Position numbers and translations under genes: made by a program
DNA from: an uncultured Methylophaga sp.
GTDB taxonomy: Bacteria > Pseudomonadota > Gammaproteobacteria > Nitrosococcales > Methylophagaceae
Assembly: GCA_964474075.1 (NCBI GenBank)
Contig: CAYYRO010000001.1
Coordinates: forward strand, 5,797-61,703
Reading direction: 5' to 3'
Length of the DNA stretch: 55,907 bases
Shown: positions 46,201 to 54,388 of the stretch, in pieces
Layout of the letters: the number at the start of each line of letters is the position of its first letter
Position numbering within the stretch: position 1 is the first letter of the stretch
The notes under the pieces: model-generated
The model's database searches: none
The model's input: the letters and a program-made list of their open reading frames with translations, nothing else
What the model was told of the DNA's origin: nothing

Positions 46201-47135
46201 CGATGATGGAGCAGGTGGTGCATTTTGTTAAAAAACCGATGCCTGGTAATCTGCCGACACAAACCACGCGTGGCATGTTGGGTCTTGAAGATGACAAGAT
46301 GGTGCCGATTCTGCGCGATCCGCATAAGGTGAGTGAAGAATCCGATGCGGTATTTTATTTCCCCGGTTGTGGTTCTGAGCGACTGTTCAGTCAGGTTGGT
46401 TTGGCGACACTTGCGATGCTCTATGAAGTGGGTGCCGAAACGGTATTGCCACCGGGCTATCTGTGTTGTGGTTATCCGCAGGCATCGATTGGTGACGATC
46501 CTAAAGCGACATCGATTACGACTGCCAATCGGGTGTTATTCCACCGGGTTGCCAACACATTAAATTATATGGATATCAAGACCGTTATTGTGTCTTGCGG
46601 TACCTGTATGGATCAGCTGTTGAAGTACGAGTTTGAGCAGATTTTCCCGGGTTGCCGGCTGTTGGATATTCACGAATATCTGATGGAAAAAGGCGTCAAG
46701 ATGGAAGGCGTTGAAGGGGTGCAATATCTGTATCATGAGCCTTGCCATACACCGATGAAAACTTATAAATCGACCAATGTGGCGGGGAGTTTGCTGGGTC
46801 AGGATGTGACGCTCAATGATCGCTGCTGTGGTGAAGCCGGAACCTTTGCTGTAGCACGGCCGGATATCGCCACACAGGTGCGTTTCCGTAAGGAAGAAGA
46901 AATCACCAAAGGCATTATGGAGCTGACCGGAGAAGAAAAAGCCAAAAACGGCAACGTGAAAATGCTGACTTCCTGCCCGGCTTGCCAGCAGGGCTTGTCA
47001 CGTTACACTGAAGATACTGGTATTGAGACGGACTATATTGTGGTCGAAGTTGCCAAACATGTGCTTGGTGACAATTGGCACACCCGCTTTATCGACAATG
47101 CCAAAGCCGGCGGTATCGAACGGGTTCTGCTGTAA
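43278..47135 (+). CDS. Large FAD-linked / Fe-S oxidoreductase (DUF3683-FAD oxidase-4Fe4S-CCG-DUF3400 type)
   Basis: [17 protein letters not shown]-terminus; [43 protein letters not shown] motifs, GIERVLL C-terminus. Confidence 0.88.
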   Translation: MSTRIREIPYNYTSFSDREIVIRYMGEPMWDILQQLREQRKTGRSAKMLFEVLGDMWVITRNPFIQDDLVENSKRWGSLRHALHHRLDQIRNRATQNENHLALQLEQAARTAVEKFERDLLATAERRKLVLRKLSRTTKRHNIKFDGLSRVSHVTDATDWRVEFPLAVITPDTEAEMAAIIAACIELGLTVIPRGGGTGYTGGAIPLTADSVVINTEKLEGLGAVEFRQLPGRDDQVATVRAEAGVVTRRVSDLAGKNGLVFAVDPTSQDASTIGGNVAMNAGGKKAVMWGTALDNLVSWRMVTPDATWMEVERLNHNMGKIHDIEMAEFKISRFQPDGKTLLEEPEVIRIPARELRKLGLGKDVTNKFLGGLPGIQKEGCDGLITSSVFVLHRMPDYIRTVCLEFFGNDLSKAVPAIVETKNYLDSNKKILLAGMEHLDERYVKAVDYSTKAPRSVPPKMVLLIDIVGDDENAVAEACSEVVRLSNARDGEGFVAVSPEARARFWADRARTAAIAKHTNAFKINEDVVIPLERLSEYNDGIERINIVQSTRNKLQTADAVLAYLQSQPKELKQTAKKLDDSAENDAILKSKIDTACQHLQVVKARWQQVLDSLDTAAVELGDLLSDDAKAAVNEGDTLFRVLQRRDLRISYRQEVEKPLKELFQGQALEALRNKLDEVHAENRSSRLFVATHMHAGDGNVHTNIPVNSNDYKMMHEAERIVDQVMALADKLGGVISGEHGIGLTKMQYLDKATIDAFAGYKQKVDPNGRFNAGKLLAGSGLDNAYTPSLRLLQQEALILEASELGEINNDIKDCLRCGKCKPECTTHVPRANLYYSPRDKILGTGLIMEAFLYEEQTRRGISVRHFDEMNDVADHCTICHRCLNPCPVNIDFGDVTMKMRAVLKKQGKRNFSVGTLSAMAYLNAKDPLTVKIMHKTLVQMGAKAQRLAHGAAKYMGLLANSKKKRPLPTTGKTPMMEQVVHFVKKPMPGNLPTQTTRGMLGLEDDKMVPILRDPHKVSEESDAVFYFPGCGSERLFSQVGLATLAMLYEVGAETVLPPGYLCCGYPQASIGDDPKATSITTANRVLFHRVANTLNYMDIKTVIVSCGTCMDQLLKYEFEQIFPGCRLLDIHEYLMEKGVKMEGVEGVQYLYHEPCHTPMKTYKSTNVAGSLLGQDVTLNDRCCGEAGTFAVARPDIATQVRFRKEEEITKGIMELTGEEKAKNGNVKMLTSCPACQQGLSRYTEDTGIETDYIVVEVAKHVLGDNWHTRFIDNAKAGGIERVLL

Positions 47136-47142
47136 AAAATGT

Positions 47143-47173
47143 GGGCAGCTGTTTCGACGGCTGCCCGTTTTTT
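47143..47173. terminator. Intrinsic terminator
   Basis: GGGCAGCTGT-TTCG-ACGGCTGCCC-GTTTTTTT. Confidence 0.75.
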
Positions 47174-47517
47174 TATTTACGGCTTAACGGTTCACCCGCA
47201 AAGCTGATGCCATCCCAGCCATGCTTCATAAAGTGGCGGATATTCTGATGATCATCGCCTTTTGGATTCAATAGCACATCCTTTCGGTAAAAATCACCAA
47301 AGCAGGCCAGTGTGTGGGCTTCATTGAGATCCTGATGTAATCCAAAAGCAAAAATTTTGCATGAACCATTGTTTTGTCCGGCCTGATTTTCTAACCCTGC
47401 ATTTTTGAAAGCGGTGGGCGTGAAATCATAATTTTCATCAATGACCGCAATCGTATCGGCAAAACTGATTTGCGACGGCGTATCATTCAACGTGGCAAGA
47501 AAAGTCGCTAAGTCCAT
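47173..47517 (-). CDS. HopJ-family protein
   Basis: F.DTIAVID..Y.FTPTAF.N, N.AGQNNGSCKIFAF, DHQNIR.FM..GW.GI.F. Confidence 0.85.
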   Translation of the reverse strand: MDLATFLATLNDTPSQISFADTIAVIDENYDFTPTAFKNAGLENQAGQNNGSCKIFAFGLHQDLNEAHTLACFGDFYRKDVLLNPKGDDHQNIRHFMKHGWDGISFAGEPLSRK

Positions 47518-47535
47518 CAAAAAAACTCCCAAAAA

Positions 47536-48201
47536 TTAACTGAAAAACCGGGTAAATTCACTGACCGAGATGCGATCAGTACGGTATTGATTAACGGCTG
47601 CCGCCGTATCTTCGTAGCCTACTGCCAGACCGCAAACCAATTGACTGTCCGCTGGATAATCCAGCTGCGTTTTAACAATATCAGGGTATTCGGCCAGGGC
47701 TGCTTGCGGACAGGTTGCCAGGCCTTTTTCAGTTGCTGCCAGCATCAGCGATTGTAAAAACAGACCCAAATCTAAATAAGAGCCGGTTTGCATGGCGCCA
47801 TCCATAAAAAATAACAGCATCACCGGCGCATCAAAGGCCCGGTAATTAGCTGCCCATTGTGCTTTTTGTGCTGCTTTGTCACCACGGGCAATCTGTAGAC
47901 TTTGATACAGTTGTAAACCACAAGCTCTGCGCCTATCTGTATAAGGCGTTTGCCACTCAGTAGGGTAATAATTGTAATCGGGATGGGATGCTTTGCCGTT
48001 TAAAAAAGCCTGTTGAATGGCTTCGGCCAGTTGTCTTTTGGGGTCGCCAGTCAGCACGGCAACTTGCCACGGCTGAGTATTGGCACCGGATGGAGCCAGT
48101 CTTGCCGTATCCAGCAAATCCTCAATATCTGCTGTCGCCACCGGTTTATCCAGAAACGCGCGCGTGCTATGGCGTGCTTGCATCAGCGTTTTAATTATCA
48201 T
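47536..48201 (-). CDS. Nitroreductase family protein
   Basis: RHSTRAF, APSGANTQPW, FDAP, GLATCPQ. Confidence 0.9.
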   Translation of the reverse strand: MIIKTLMQARHSTRAFLDKPVATADIEDLLDTARLAPSGANTQPWQVAVLTGDPKRQLAEAIQQAFLNGKASHPDYNYYPTEWQTPYTDRRRACGLQLYQSLQIARGDKAAQKAQWAANYRAFDAPVMLLFFMDGAMQTGSYLDLGLFLQSLMLAATEKGLATCPQAALAEYPDIVKTQLDYPADSQLVCGLAVGYEDTAAAVNQYRTDRISVSEFTRFFS

Positions 48202-48580
48202 ATTTGGGCTCTGCCTCTTTAAGATGCAGCACAAAGCCTATCATGATGATGGCCAACGTCAGCAGTGCCAATTGATATTGCCAGCGACCCCAAAGCAGAC
48301 CAATCGAGAAACTAAATGCAATCACCAGCATGGCCACGGCCTGATACTTGGTCGTGCGGCGGACGGTTTTGGTCTGATCCCATTGTTTCAACGGCGGACC
48401 AATCCAGCGGTTATTGAGCAGCACTTTATGAAAGCGGGGTGAGGTCTCGGCAAAACAGGCCAACGCCAGGATCATAAACGGTGTGGTTGGGACCACTGGC
48501 AGCAATGCACCTATTAAGCCGAGAATGACACACAGCCAGCCGCAGCAAAAAATAAAATAGTGTCTTATTTTGGCCCGCAT
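48191..48580 (-). CDS. YbaN/DUF454 family membrane protein
   Basis: LG.IGALLPVVPTTPF.ILA.ACF...SPRFH. Confidence 0.88.
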   Translation of the reverse strand: MRAKIRHYFIFCCGWLCVILGLIGALLPVVPTTPFMILALACFAETSPRFHKVLLNNRWIGPPLKQWDQTKTVRRTTKYQAVAMLVIAFSFSIGLLWGRWQYQLALLTLAIIMIGFVLHLKEAEPKYDN

Positions 48581-48810
48581 GCGCTGAATCCGACCTTTTG
48601 AAAAAACGTTGTTTGCGCTGCCAACTTACTGGTGCGCTTGTTATTTTAAAACAGGCCGCATTATACCCTGACAGTTGAGATGAATATTGACAGTGAAGCA
48701 GATTGATCCGGTCAATATCAGTTATTATGTTCGGTAGCGCACAATCGTTGTATTGGACGATGAAACGCTATTAAATCCAATTATAAAAAACATGGCAGAC
48801 GAGGGCCGGT

Positions 48811-51800
48811 ATGGCACTACCGATAAAAGGGCGAGGCTTGCGAATTTCGATACGTGCCACCGTGATCGCCGGCTTTATGATTTCCAGTTTGCTGATTGCC
48901 AGTGTGGCGATTGGTTTACAGTATTTTTTCAATAAAACGCTGGCCACCGAAGCAACCTCCGACGTATACCAGCAAACCGCGACCAGTACCCGTGATTATA
49001 TTGCGGCGGTTGATAGTCGTGCGATAGCTGCCACACGCGTCATTGCCCAGTTCCCGGGGTTGTTGAATGGCAAAAAAATATCTTCTGATACCCGGCGCTT
49101 ATTTGCTGAAGTCATGCAGCGTAATCTGATGTTTTATGCCATTTATGTCGGTCACCAGGACGGCGATTTTTATGAACTGGTTAATCTTGAAGCGGATGAT
49201 AATTTACGAGAACAACTACTTGCGGCAGCGGAAGATCGTTGGGTAACCATTACAGTCAGCGGACGCGGTGATAGCCGGATCCGGCGTTTTGAATACTATG
49301 ATGCCGGTTTTAACTTGCGTGACAGCCGGCAACATCCAACGGATTACAATGCTGGTAATCGTCAATGGTTTACCAAAGCCACAGAGGGAGAGGTTTTTAA
49401 AACTGAGCCATATTTATTTCAGCATATTCAATCGCCTGGTCAGACCTACTCCACCAAAATTCCGGGCAGTAATGCAGTTTTGGCAATTGATATTGCCTTG
49501 TCCTCGTTATCAGATTTTTTCCAGAGTCAGAATCTGGGCGCTGACAGTGAAATTTATTTGTACCAGAAAAGTGGTGAAATCGTCGCCTCTAATCAGCAGG
49601 TAGCAAGCGCTAACAGTCTGCCACCAGCCCCAGCACTAACGCTCACTGATGCGCAGCGAAAGCTTATCGAGACTAATAAATATTTACTGGTATCCAATGA
49701 GACTGACTGGCCGCCGGTAAATTTTGCCGTAGCGGGGCAGCCATACGGTTATGCCATTGATGTGATGAATTATATTGCTGAAATGACCGGACTCGAGCTT
49801 CGTTATCTGAATGGTCTGAGCTGGCAGGAAATGGCAGCAATGTTTATCGATGGTGAGTTGGATGTGATTCAGCCTGTTTACGATAACCAATATCGCCGGG
49901 CGCTGGGGCAAATGACAGATGCTTTTATTGAATTACCTTATGGCGTGGTCACCCGTGATGATATTGAGATAAACCAGCTGTCTGATTTACAGGGCAAAAC
50001 GGTCGCCATTCCTGAAGGATGGTCTCTGATTGCTAATCTGCGGGAAACATTTCCGGAAATCAATATCCTCGAAGTGGAATCCGTTCGGCAGGTAATGACG
50101 GCCGTTCGTGATGGGCAGGCTGATGCCGGTATGGACAGTGCAGCGATTTTGCAATACACCGCCGAGCAGTATTTTTTTGATGGTTTAACGGTGCATAGTG
50201 ATATTGATATTGCCGCTGACAATAAACTCCCCACCAGCCTGCATTTTTTAATCAATCGCGATAAAGCCGCTCTGGCCGAGATTTTTAATTTGGCCCTGGC
50301 CAATTTAGGTGAAGCGCAGCTTCAGGCATTGGCCGACAAATGGCTGGCAGCGGATGGCAGTGGCCTTAAAGCAGGCGCTGTACCCTATCCTGAATTATTG
50401 GATGAAGACATCTATCTGAGCCAGAAAACACTGCAAACCTTACAGTTAAACGGCGAAGACTATTTTGTCTATATTCAGCCGATGACGGATAGTGCTGATG
50501 AAAACGAGTTTTTTACGATTATCACGCCGGTGGCCAGTGTATTGGCACCGGCACTGGATAAAGTGCAAAAATCCATCTGGGTAACGGCGGCGATTTTGCT
50601 GCTGTTATTGCCAGTGAGCTGGTTATTCGCCTCGCCGATTGTCAGGGCGGTGCGTAATCTGGCATTAGACAGCGAACGTATTAAACAACGTCGTTTTAGC
50701 GAGGTTGAGCAAGTACGCAGTAATATCATTGAAATCAGTGATCTGGCGACATCAATGATGGCGATGTCCCATTCCATTGAAGAACATGAAAAATCTCAGG
50801 AAGCGCTGATGGAAGCGTTTATTGAGTTAATTGCCCAGGCGATCGATCACAAGTCACCATACACGGCAGGTCATTGCGCCCGGGTGCCGGAACTGGCTTT
50901 TATGCTTGCCGAAAAAGCCGAGCAAACTCATGAAGCGCCATTTAACAGTTTCCGTTTTCGGGATGAAAAGGAATGGCGTGAATTCCGTATCGGTGCCTGG
51001 CTGCATGATTGCGGCAAAATCACCACGCCTGAACATATTGTTGATAAAGGTACCAAACTGGAGACAATTTATAACCGCATCCACGAAATTCGAATGCGTT
51101 TTGAAGTGTTGCTACGTGATGCTGAAATCAACTATTTAAAACGCTGTGCCGCAGAGCCTGCCAAACAAGCAGATTTTCGCGCAGAATTTGAGGCATTGCA
51201 GCAACAATTTCAGGCCGATTTTGCCTTTATTGCGCATTGTAATATTGGCAGTGAATCGATGGATGATACTCAAATTGAGCGCTTGCACTCGCTCGCCAAG
51301 GTGACCTGGCTTCGTCATTTTGATGACCGTCTTGGTCTGTCACCAGTAGAAGAAGATCGCTGTGTTGGCGAACCGGCCGCTTTGCCGGCAACAGAATATC
51401 TGCTGGCCGACAAAGTCGAACACATTATTGCCCATCAACATAGCATCGAGTTTGATCCGAAATTCGGTATCAAGATGCAAGTGCCCGAGCATCTCTATAA
51501 TCTCGGTGAGCTGCACAATCTGACGGTACGTGCCGGCACACTGTCACCCGAAGATCGCTTCAAGATCAACGAACACATTATCAGCACCATTCAAATGCTG
51601 GAAAATCTGCCATTCCCGCCTGAATTATCCAAAGTACCGCGTTATGCTTCAACACATCACGAAACCCTGATTGGCACCGGTTATCCGCGCGGCTTGACTG
51701 CTGAAGACTTGTCGATGCCGGAGCGTATTATGGTACTGGCGGATATTTTTGAAGCACTGACCGCTGCAGATCGTCCATACAAGAAGGCCAAACCCGTTAG

Positions 51801-51963
51801 CGTCGCTGTCGATATTCTGCATAAAATGGTCGAACGCCAGCATGTGGATAGAGATGTTTTCGAGCTGTTTTTACGCAGTGGTGTTTACCTTCAATATGCC
51901 AAACGCTTTTTACCACCGGAGCAAATTGACGAAGTGGATATCTCACAGTATCTAAGCAGCTAA
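48811..51963 (+). CDS. Membrane-anchored HD-GYP phosphodiesterase with Cache-like and family-3 SBP sensor domains
   Basis: TM-periplasmic region-TM; DWPPVNF..GYAIDV SBP signature; KSPYTAGHC.RV, WLHDCGK, HHETLIGTGYP, ADIFEALTAADRPYK. Confidence 0.88.
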   Translation: MALPIKGRGLRISIRATVIAGFMISSLLIASVAIGLQYFFNKTLATEATSDVYQQTATSTRDYIAAVDSRAIAATRVIAQFPGLLNGKKISSDTRRLFAEVMQRNLMFYAIYVGHQDGDFYELVNLEADDNLREQLLAAAEDRWVTITVSGRGDSRIRRFEYYDAGFNLRDSRQHPTDYNAGNRQWFTKATEGEVFKTEPYLFQHIQSPGQTYSTKIPGSNAVLAIDIALSSLSDFFQSQNLGADSEIYLYQKSGEIVASNQQVASANSLPPAPALTLTDAQRKLIETNKYLLVSNETDWPPVNFAVAGQPYGYAIDVMNYIAEMTGLELRYLNGLSWQEMAAMFIDGELDVIQPVYDNQYRRALGQMTDAFIELPYGVVTRDDIEINQLSDLQGKTVAIPEGWSLIANLRETFPEINILEVESVRQVMTAVRDGQADAGMDSAAILQYTAEQYFFDGLTVHSDIDIAADNKLPTSLHFLINRDKAALAEIFNLALANLGEAQLQALADKWLAADGSGLKAGAVPYPELLDEDIYLSQKTLQTLQLNGEDYFVYIQPMTDSADENEFFTIITPVASVLAPALDKVQKSIWVTAAILLLLLPVSWLFASPIVRAVRNLALDSERIKQRRFSEVEQVRSNIIEISDLATSMMAMSHSIEEHEKSQEALMEAFIELIAQAIDHKSPYTAGHCARVPELAFMLAEKAEQTHEAPFNSFRFRDEKEWREFRIGAWLHDCGKITTPEHIVDKGTKLETIYNRIHEIRMRFEVLLRDAEINYLKRCAAEPAKQADFRAEFEALQQQFQADFAFIAHCNIGSESMDDTQIERLHSLAKVTWLRHFDDRLGLSPVEEDRCVGEPAALPATEYLLADKVEHIIAHQHSIEFDPKFGIKMQVPEHLYNLGELHNLTVRAGTLSPEDRFKINEHIISTIQMLENLPFPPELSKVPRYASTHHETLIGTGYPRGLTAEDLSMPERIMVLADIFEALTAADRPYKKAKPVSVAVDILHKMVERQHVDRDVFELFLRSGVYLQYAKRFLPPEQIDEVDISQYLSS

Positions 51964-52012
51964 CCTGCATAAACGTATAATAACCAGCGAATTACTTTTA
52001 ATAGGTTAAGGC

Positions 52013-52927
52013 ATGGCAATTCAATGGTTTCCCGGTCATATGCACAAAGCTGGACTGGAGATAAAGAAAATACTGCCGGACATCGATCTGGTCATTGAAG
52101 TCTTGGATGCCCGCATCCCGTTCAGCAGTGCCAATCCGATGCTCAGCAAGCTGCGTGGCGACAAACCCTGCATTAAACTGCTCAACAAAACTGATCTCGC
52201 CGATCCAGCGTTAACGCAAATCTGGCAGTCGTATTTAGAACAAGAGCAGGGTGTAAAAACATTAGCTATCAGCGCCCAGCAGCATGATTGCCGGCAGATG
52301 ATTCTGCAACTGGTGACGCAGATGTTGCCCGAAAAGGCCAACAGTGTGCAGAAAATTCAGGCCATGATCATGGGTATTCCCAATGTCGGTAAATCGACAT
52401 TGATAAACACGTTGGCTGGTCGACTAATTGCCAAGACCGGTAATGAGCCGGCCATCACCAAAATGCAGCAACGCATTAAGATTGATGATGTCATGGTGCT
52501 GCACGATACCCCCGGCATGCTATGGGGAAATCTGGAAAATCCCGGTACCGGCTATCGGCTGGCGATTACCGGCGCGATTAAAGAAACCGCTTTTGAAAAC
52601 CAGGATATTGCCCTGTATGCGGCGGCTTACTTAATGCAGCAATATCCCGACACCTTGCAAGCTCGCTTTAACCTGCCACAACTGGCCGCCAATGAAACCG
52701 AGCAACTTGCTGAAATGGCGGTCAGAAGGGGATGTTTACGTGCTGGTGGTGTGGCCGATTTAGAACGTATCAGTAAAATTATGCTGACAGAATTACGTGC
52801 CGGAAAACTCGGTCCGATAACACTGGAAACGCCAGAAATGATGCAACAGGAACTGGTATTACTGGAGCAAAGCCGCGCCGAAAAGGCTGAAAAAAAGGCC
52901 CGACGGAAACAAAAAAATTCGCGTTAA
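52013..52927 (+). CDS. ylqF: Ribosome biogenesis GTPase YlqF/RbgA
   Basis: IQWFPGHM, DARIP.SS.NP, NKTD before GIPNVGKST and DTPG (circularly permuted GTPase). Confidence 0.95.
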   Translation: MAIQWFPGHMHKAGLEIKKILPDIDLVIEVLDARIPFSSANPMLSKLRGDKPCIKLLNKTDLADPALTQIWQSYLEQEQGVKTLAISAQQHDCRQMILQLVTQMLPEKANSVQKIQAMIMGIPNVGKSTLINTLAGRLIAKTGNEPAITKMQQRIKIDDVMVLHDTPGMLWGNLENPGTGYRLAITGAIKETAFENQDIALYAAAYLMQQYPDTLQARFNLPQLAANETEQLAEMAVRRGCLRAGGVADLERISKIMLTELRAGKLGPITLETPEMMQQELVLLEQSRAEKAEKKARRKQKNSR

Positions 52928-52993
52928 TGTGCGGCTGAACTTGCTTAGTGACCGGCAGTCTATGCAATACAGACACTTTTGAGGATGCATCCA

Positions 52994-53509
52994 ATGAAAT
53001 TCATGACCATCATAATGTTAGCCCTGCTCAGTGGCTGCGCCGCCATGAACCCCTCTATCGAAAACCCACCGGCGCGGGATCTGCAGTATGCACAGGTGTT
53101 ACCGAATCTTAGCCAATATCAGGGCGAAGTAGTGCGTTGGGCTGGTGTGGTAGCTGATGTCAGTAACCTGGAAAACCAGTCAGAACTGACGCTGGTGCAG
53201 TTTCCGGTGACCCGATATGGCAAACCGATTACCACAGCAAATAGTGCTGGCCGGTTTATTGTGCAAAGTAGCGGTTTTCTCGATCCGTTAATTTATGAAA
53301 AGGGTGCCTTGGTTACCGTCGTTGGTACGTTAAGCGGTGATGAAACCCGAAAAGTAGGTCAAAAATCCTTGCGGATGCCGGTGGTCACCATGACCGATAG
53401 CCAAGTCTGGCCTGAGCAATACGCAGATCGTAAACGGCCCTATAATCCCAAACATGATTGGCCGTTTCGCGGTTATGGTTACTATGGCACTGGTTCTTAT
53501 TCACCCTGA
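52994..53509 (+). CDS. Slp family outer-membrane lipoprotein
   Basis: Lipobox LSG-C; VRWAG.V, GRF....GFLDP.IY..G.LVTVVG. Confidence 0.88.
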   Translation: MKFMTIIMLALLSGCAAMNPSIENPPARDLQYAQVLPNLSQYQGEVVRWAGVVADVSNLENQSELTLVQFPVTRYGKPITTANSAGRFIVQSSGFLDPLIYEKGALVTVVGTLSGDETRKVGQKSLRMPVVTMTDSQVWPEQYADRKRPYNPKHDWPFRGYGYYGTGSYSP

Positions 53510-53541
53510 AACCAGCCATTTTAGAGGCGTCAATACATCTA

Positions 53542-53560
53542 AATGAAAATGATTTGCATT
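53542..53560. promoter_or_regulatory. Fur-box-like operator 1
   Basis: AATGAAAATGATTTGCATT versus the Fur consensus AATGATAATNATTATCATT; lies inside the inverted repeat ATCTAAATG-N11-CATTTAGAT (53537-53565). Confidence 0.75.
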
Positions 53561-53620
53561 TAGATTAACTGATCTTTATACTGCATCTCAGCTGATTGCT
53601 GACCGTTGAGGTGACGCCCG

Positions 53621-53809
53621 ATGCAGTTCAATGAATCTACTTCTGATCGCCAGATTATTCATCTGGCGTTTCGCCAGGAGCGGCTGGAAATGCTGATCCG
53701 TCAGGGTAAATTGCACGCCGCCGATTTCAATTGTCTCGATTCTTCTTCCAAACGAAGTGTATGGAGCATGTTGCTGGCGGCCGCCGCCAGTCGCTTGAAA
53801 AATCAATGA
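53621..53809 (+). CDS. Small hypothetical protein (62 aa)
   Basis: GAGGTG RBS; downstream of the Fur-like box; stop overlaps the next start (ATGA). Confidence 0.7.
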   Translation: MQFNESTSDRQIIHLAFRQERLEMLIRQGKLHAADFNCLDSSSKRSVWSMLLAAAASRLKNQ

Positions 53810-54063
53810 TGAATAATCCCCAACAAGACAGCTGGGCCGCCCAGTTATTGCTCAGCGCCAATGCCCATTTAGAAAATCATTACCGGCAACAGGCCAGTGC
53901 CTGTCTGGCACTGCAAATTGCTCGCAATTACCGTTTGCTCACCGAGCAAGATGAACATCCTTTAAAACAACAACTCTGGCAATCACTGGCGAGACGCTGG
54001 TGGCTGAGTTATCAGTTGCATCGTGGTCGTATAGCCCATTGCGATGTCAGTGACTTTTCATAA
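53806..54063 (+). CDS. Small hypothetical helical protein (85 aa)
   Basis: ATGA overlap with the upstream ORF; ends just before the RBS of the next ORF. Confidence 0.65.
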   Translation: MMNNPQQDSWAAQLLLSANAHLENHYRQQASACLALQIARNYRLLTEQDEHPLKQQLWQSLARRWWLSYQLHRGRIAHCDVSDFS

Positions 54064-54075
54064 CAGGAGTAATTT

Positions 54076-54297
54076 ATGCAACAGACCAATAGCTGCCAGC
54101 CAGAAACTATTTTCAGTTCACCGGGCTGCGATATTCAGTTTTGCCCGGATTGTCAGATGATTCACATAAACATGGGCGCTTTAACGCTGCGGATGACTGA
54201 GCAACAGTTTGCTAACTATGCCATTGATATCAGCAAAGCCATGTTTCATATGCGGCAACGAGAATCAGGTCATCACAGCATGCGGGTTATGATGTAG
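54076..54297 (+). CDS. Small Cys/His-rich hypothetical protein (73 aa, CPDC-x3-H)
   Basis: Strong CAGGAG RBS; 4 Cys including a CxxC. Confidence 0.75.
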   Translation: MQQTNSCQPETIFSSPGCDIQFCPDCQMIHINMGALTLRMTEQQFANYAIDISKAMFHMRQRESGHHSMRVMM

Positions 54298-54329
54298 TTA
54301 AGTTAACAAAAACTAACAATCTATATTGT

Positions 54330-54348
54330 AATGATAATAGTTTGCATT
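54330..54348. promoter_or_regulatory. Fur-box-like operator 2
   Basis: AATGATAATAGTTTGCATT, 40 nt upstream of the receptor start codon. Confidence 0.8.
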
Positions 54349-54388
54349 TAGAATATTCGTTTTTTCACGTTCTGACAGGCCACATTCT

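Noticed and set aside
48703-48715. FNR-like site TTGAT-CCG-GTCAA
   Set aside because: The spacer is 3 nt rather than the required 4.
52013-52927. RbgA/YlqF as an unusual gene for a gammaproteobacterium
   Set aside because: Absent from E. coli but known in many other gammaproteobacteria, so not novel.
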